A stretch of DNA of 60,965 bases, counting the filler, from Candidatus Ancaeobacter aquaticus (lineage in GTDB: Bacteria; Auribacterota; Ancaeobacteria; Ancaeobacterales; Ancaeobacteraceae): assembly GCA_030765405.1 (NCBI GenBank). It is 6 parts of 6 records of this genome, joined end to end, with 100 filler letters (N's around TTAATTAATTAA, not from the genome) between each part and the next. Parts side by side here need not be neighbours in the genome. Positions count along the whole stretch, not along the records: positions 32,697 to 60,965 come from JAVCCP010000030.1; 5 more parts are not named here. The stretch is one strand, 5' to 3'. The notes under the pieces were generated by a model. That model was not told where the DNA came from. It worked only from the letters and a program-made list of their open reading frames with translations, and did not search any database. Below, piece after piece: positions 58,932 through 60,965 of the stretch (position 1 is the stretch's first letter; every line of letters begins with the position of its first letter). The position numbers and the translations under genes were made by a program.

Positions 58932-59468
58932 ATGTCAAATTATGTATACATAGCGACAAGCCTTGACGGATTTATCGCTACAAGTGATGGCGGATTAGAT
59001 TGGCTGATGGAAATTCCTAATCCTGACAAAAGCGATTACGGGTATGCCGATTTTATTGATAGGGTTGATGCTTTAGTGATGGGGCGTAATACTTTTGAGA
59101 AAGTTTTAACGTTTGGTGAATGGTCTTATACTAAACATGTATTTGTATTAAGCAATAGCCTCACAGAGATTCCTGAAAATCTTACAGGTAAAGCAGAAAT
59201 TATCACGGGCAATGTAACGGATGTGGTGAGAAAGTTGAATCAGCAGGGATATAGAAATTTATATATTGATGGTGGAAAAGTAATACAGAGTTTTTTGAAA
59301 GAGGATTTGATAGACGAACTAATTATTACCAGAATTCCAATTCTTCTTGGAAAAGGGATTCCTTTATTTGGTGATATTGATCAGAACTTAAAATTCAAAC
59401 ATACGAAAACAGAAGTATTGAATAATATGCTTGTGAAAAGTTGTTATTCAAGAGACCGAAAGATTTGA
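58932..59468 (+). CDS. Dihydrofolate reductase / RibD C-terminal-like protein
   Basis: IATSLDGFIA; MGRNTF; YIDGG; LLGKGIPLF. Confidence 0.9.
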   Translation: MSNYVYIATSLDGFIATSDGGLDWLMEIPNPDKSDYGYADFIDRVDALVMGRNTFEKVLTFGEWSYTKHVFVLSNSLTEIPENLTGKAEIITGNVTDVVRKLNQQGYRNLYIDGGKVIQSFLKEDLIDELIITRIPILLGKGIPLFGDIDQNLKFKHTKTEVLNNMLVKSCYSRDRKI

Positions 59469-59558
59469 TGCGGTATTCTCACCGCCCCGATACACCGGGG
59501 CGGTGTATGAAAACTGTAACCATCTAGCAAATAAACTGAAATAAGAGGAGGAAGTAAT

Positions 59559-59873
59559 ATGAACGTATTGGAAAATATTCCCTATAATGAAGATAGAATG
59601 GGTAGACGCAAGGTTGTTGATGAAAAACACCTTCTCGTTATGCAAATAGCGGTAAAACCCGGGCAGGTCGTGCCACCGCATAACGCTAATTCAAATGTGC
59701 ATTTACTGGTTATGAGAGGAGATTTAACGGTTAATCTTGATGGTACGGATAGTAAGGTTAAAGAAGGCGATTTGTTACCGGTTGCATATCAAACGCCGAT
59801 GACGGTTAGAAATAGTGGTAATGATGATGCCACGTTTTTGGTGTTTAAGACGCCTAATCCGACAGAAATGTGA
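59559..59873 (+). CDS. Cupin-domain protein
   Basis: PGQVVPPHN...G..T; double-stranded beta-helix pattern. Confidence 0.8.
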   Translation: MNVLENIPYNEDRMGRRKVVDEKHLLVMQIAVKPGQVVPPHNANSNVHLLVMRGDLTVNLDGTDSKVKEGDLLPVAYQTPMTVRNSGNDDATFLVFKTPNPTEM

Positions 59874-59887
59874 AAGGAAACGGTATA

Positions 59888-60208
59888 ATGAAAATAGGAA
59901 TTATTATTGCGAGTAATGATGGTGAAACTTGCTGGAACGCTTTACGGTATGGCAATTTTGCTCTCGGGCAAGACGATGAAGTTAAAGTATTTTTCATGGG
60001 CAAGGGTGTTGAGTATCAGAAAGTTAGCACTAATACGTTTAACACTGTTGAACAAGCGGAAAAGCTTATGCAGGCAGGCGGTAAGATATATGCTTGTGGT
60101 AGCTGTATAAAGTCGAGAGAACAGGAAAGTTCTGAAATATGCCCTATTTCGACAATGAAGGATATGTACGAAATCGTTAAGGAAAGCGATAAAATCGTTA
60201 CTTTTTAG
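59888..60208 (+). CDS. DsrE-family protein
   Basis: VFFMGKGVE; YACGSC; CPISTM. Confidence 0.85.
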   Translation: MKIGIIIASNDGETCWNALRYGNFALGQDDEVKVFFMGKGVEYQKVSTNTFNTVEQAEKLMQAGGKIYACGSCIKSREQESSEICPISTMKDMYEIVKESDKIVTF

Positions 60209-60313
60209 ATGTAGGCAGTAGAGTGGCGAAGTATTAATTGGTTTACCTAATATAAATGGTTGCAGCAACCATTTAACCCAATGACAGAAATTACTAATTA
60301 AAAGGAGGATATT

Positions 60314-60622
60314 ATGCCAGAATTTGGATCACCTTTTGCGGGGTTAACAAAAGATAAAAAAATAAGTGAAGATGAATTGATCCGTGCAATCCGTTTTATG
60401 ATTGCCGCAGAATACGAAGCGATTCAACTCTATATGCAACTTGCGGAATCCACCGACAACAAGCTTGCGCAGGAAGTGTTGAAAGATATTGCTGATGAAG
60501 AACGAGTTCATGCTGGAGAATTTTTGCGGTTATTGAAAGAATTATCTCCTGATGAACAAAAGTTTTACGATGAAGGAGCCGAAGAAGTTGAAGAAGAAAT
60601 AGCAAAAAATAAAAAAGGATGA
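60314..60622 (+). CDS. Ferritin-like protein (encapsulated-ferritin/Flp type)
   Basis: AEYEAIQLY; DEERVHAGEF. Confidence 0.85.
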   Translation: MPEFGSPFAGLTKDKKISEDELIRAIRFMIAAEYEAIQLYMQLAESTDNKLAQEVLKDIADEERVHAGEFLRLLKELSPDEQKFYDEGAEEVEEEIAKNKKG

Positions 60623-60656
60623 AGTTATAGAAGAAAATATTTATGAAAGAGTTCAT

Positions 60657-60743
60657 ATGCCGGTTATCGGTGAAATAGCCCCTTCATTTGAGGCGGATAC
60701 AACTCAAGGGCCTATTAAGTTTCCTGAAGATTATAAAGATAAA
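60657..60743 (+). pseudogene. Peroxiredoxin N-terminal fragment
   Basis: MPVIGEIAPSFEADTTQGPIKFPEDYKDK, then interrupted by palindrome AAATGGTAGCTGCTACCATTT (60739-60759). Confidence 0.75.
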
Positions 60744-60780
60744 TGTATAAATGGTAGCTGCTACCATTTAGCTACCATTT

Positions 60781-60858
60781 ATTGAAAAAGTTGAAGGAAG
60801 AACGTTTGGGTGTAAGAAACCTGGGCCAAAAAAGAGAGAGAATTAAGTGTTCTGTCCC
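60781..60858 (+). mobile_element. RAYT 3' remnant plus right end (GTGTTCTGTCCC)
   Basis: IEKVEGRTFGCKKPGPKKREN* resembles RAYT C-termini; last ~45 nt shared with 32446-32489. Confidence 0.6.
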
Positions 60859-60965
60859 GTGCGCCAAGAAAGCTAATGTAAGCAAGCTGGAAAACCAGCC
60901 CGACTAAAGCCTAACCAGCAGGTCGGTACAGAACTCAGCGCATAGTAAGGCAACGAATTATGCGA
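60859..60965 (+). mobile_element. Group II intron 5' end (copy 2)
   Basis: 107 nt identical to 32490-32596. Confidence 0.8.

Noticed and set aside
60314..60622. Encapsulin nanocompartment operon
   Set aside because: No encapsulin shell gene in the window and no clear targeting peptide.

Overview
AT-rich bacterial sequence, most likely a draft or metagenome-assembled genome. It is not one continuous molecule. Five 100-bp N44-TTAATTAATTAA-N44 linkers (9999-10098, 16817-16916, 22405-22504, 26633-26732, 32597-32696) join six contigs, so gene adjacency across them carries no meaning. Contig 1: a non-flagellar-type chemosensory cluster (TPR/CheR tail, 2 CheW, MCP, CheA-REC, REC, CheB, PAS proteins) punctuated by heptad-repeat hairpins, two of which enclose a four-helix-bundle gene. 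Contig 2: a toxin-antitoxin and gene-fragment mosaic (AbiE, HicAB, BrnA) bounded by two halves of a REP-associated tyrosine transposase (RAYT). Contig 3: a repeat adhesin plus pth-rplY-prs-glmU. Contig 4: an RHS toxin locus and a second RAYT. Contig 5: integron cassettes with no visible integrase, ending in a group II intron 5' end. Contig 6: a tRNA-Ser/Arg/tadA region, metabolic and polyamine genes and czcCBA, ending in the same intron 5' end. The strongest unexplained signals are (i) about 25 GGGAC-core palindromes that mark RAYT ends, cut genes and attC sites, bracket cargo and serve as the intron insertion site; (ii) heptad hairpins with a four-helix-bundle gene; and (iii) three sensor proteins ending in a His-to-Arg H-box-like stub. 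All family calls are from recognised motifs; no database search was run.
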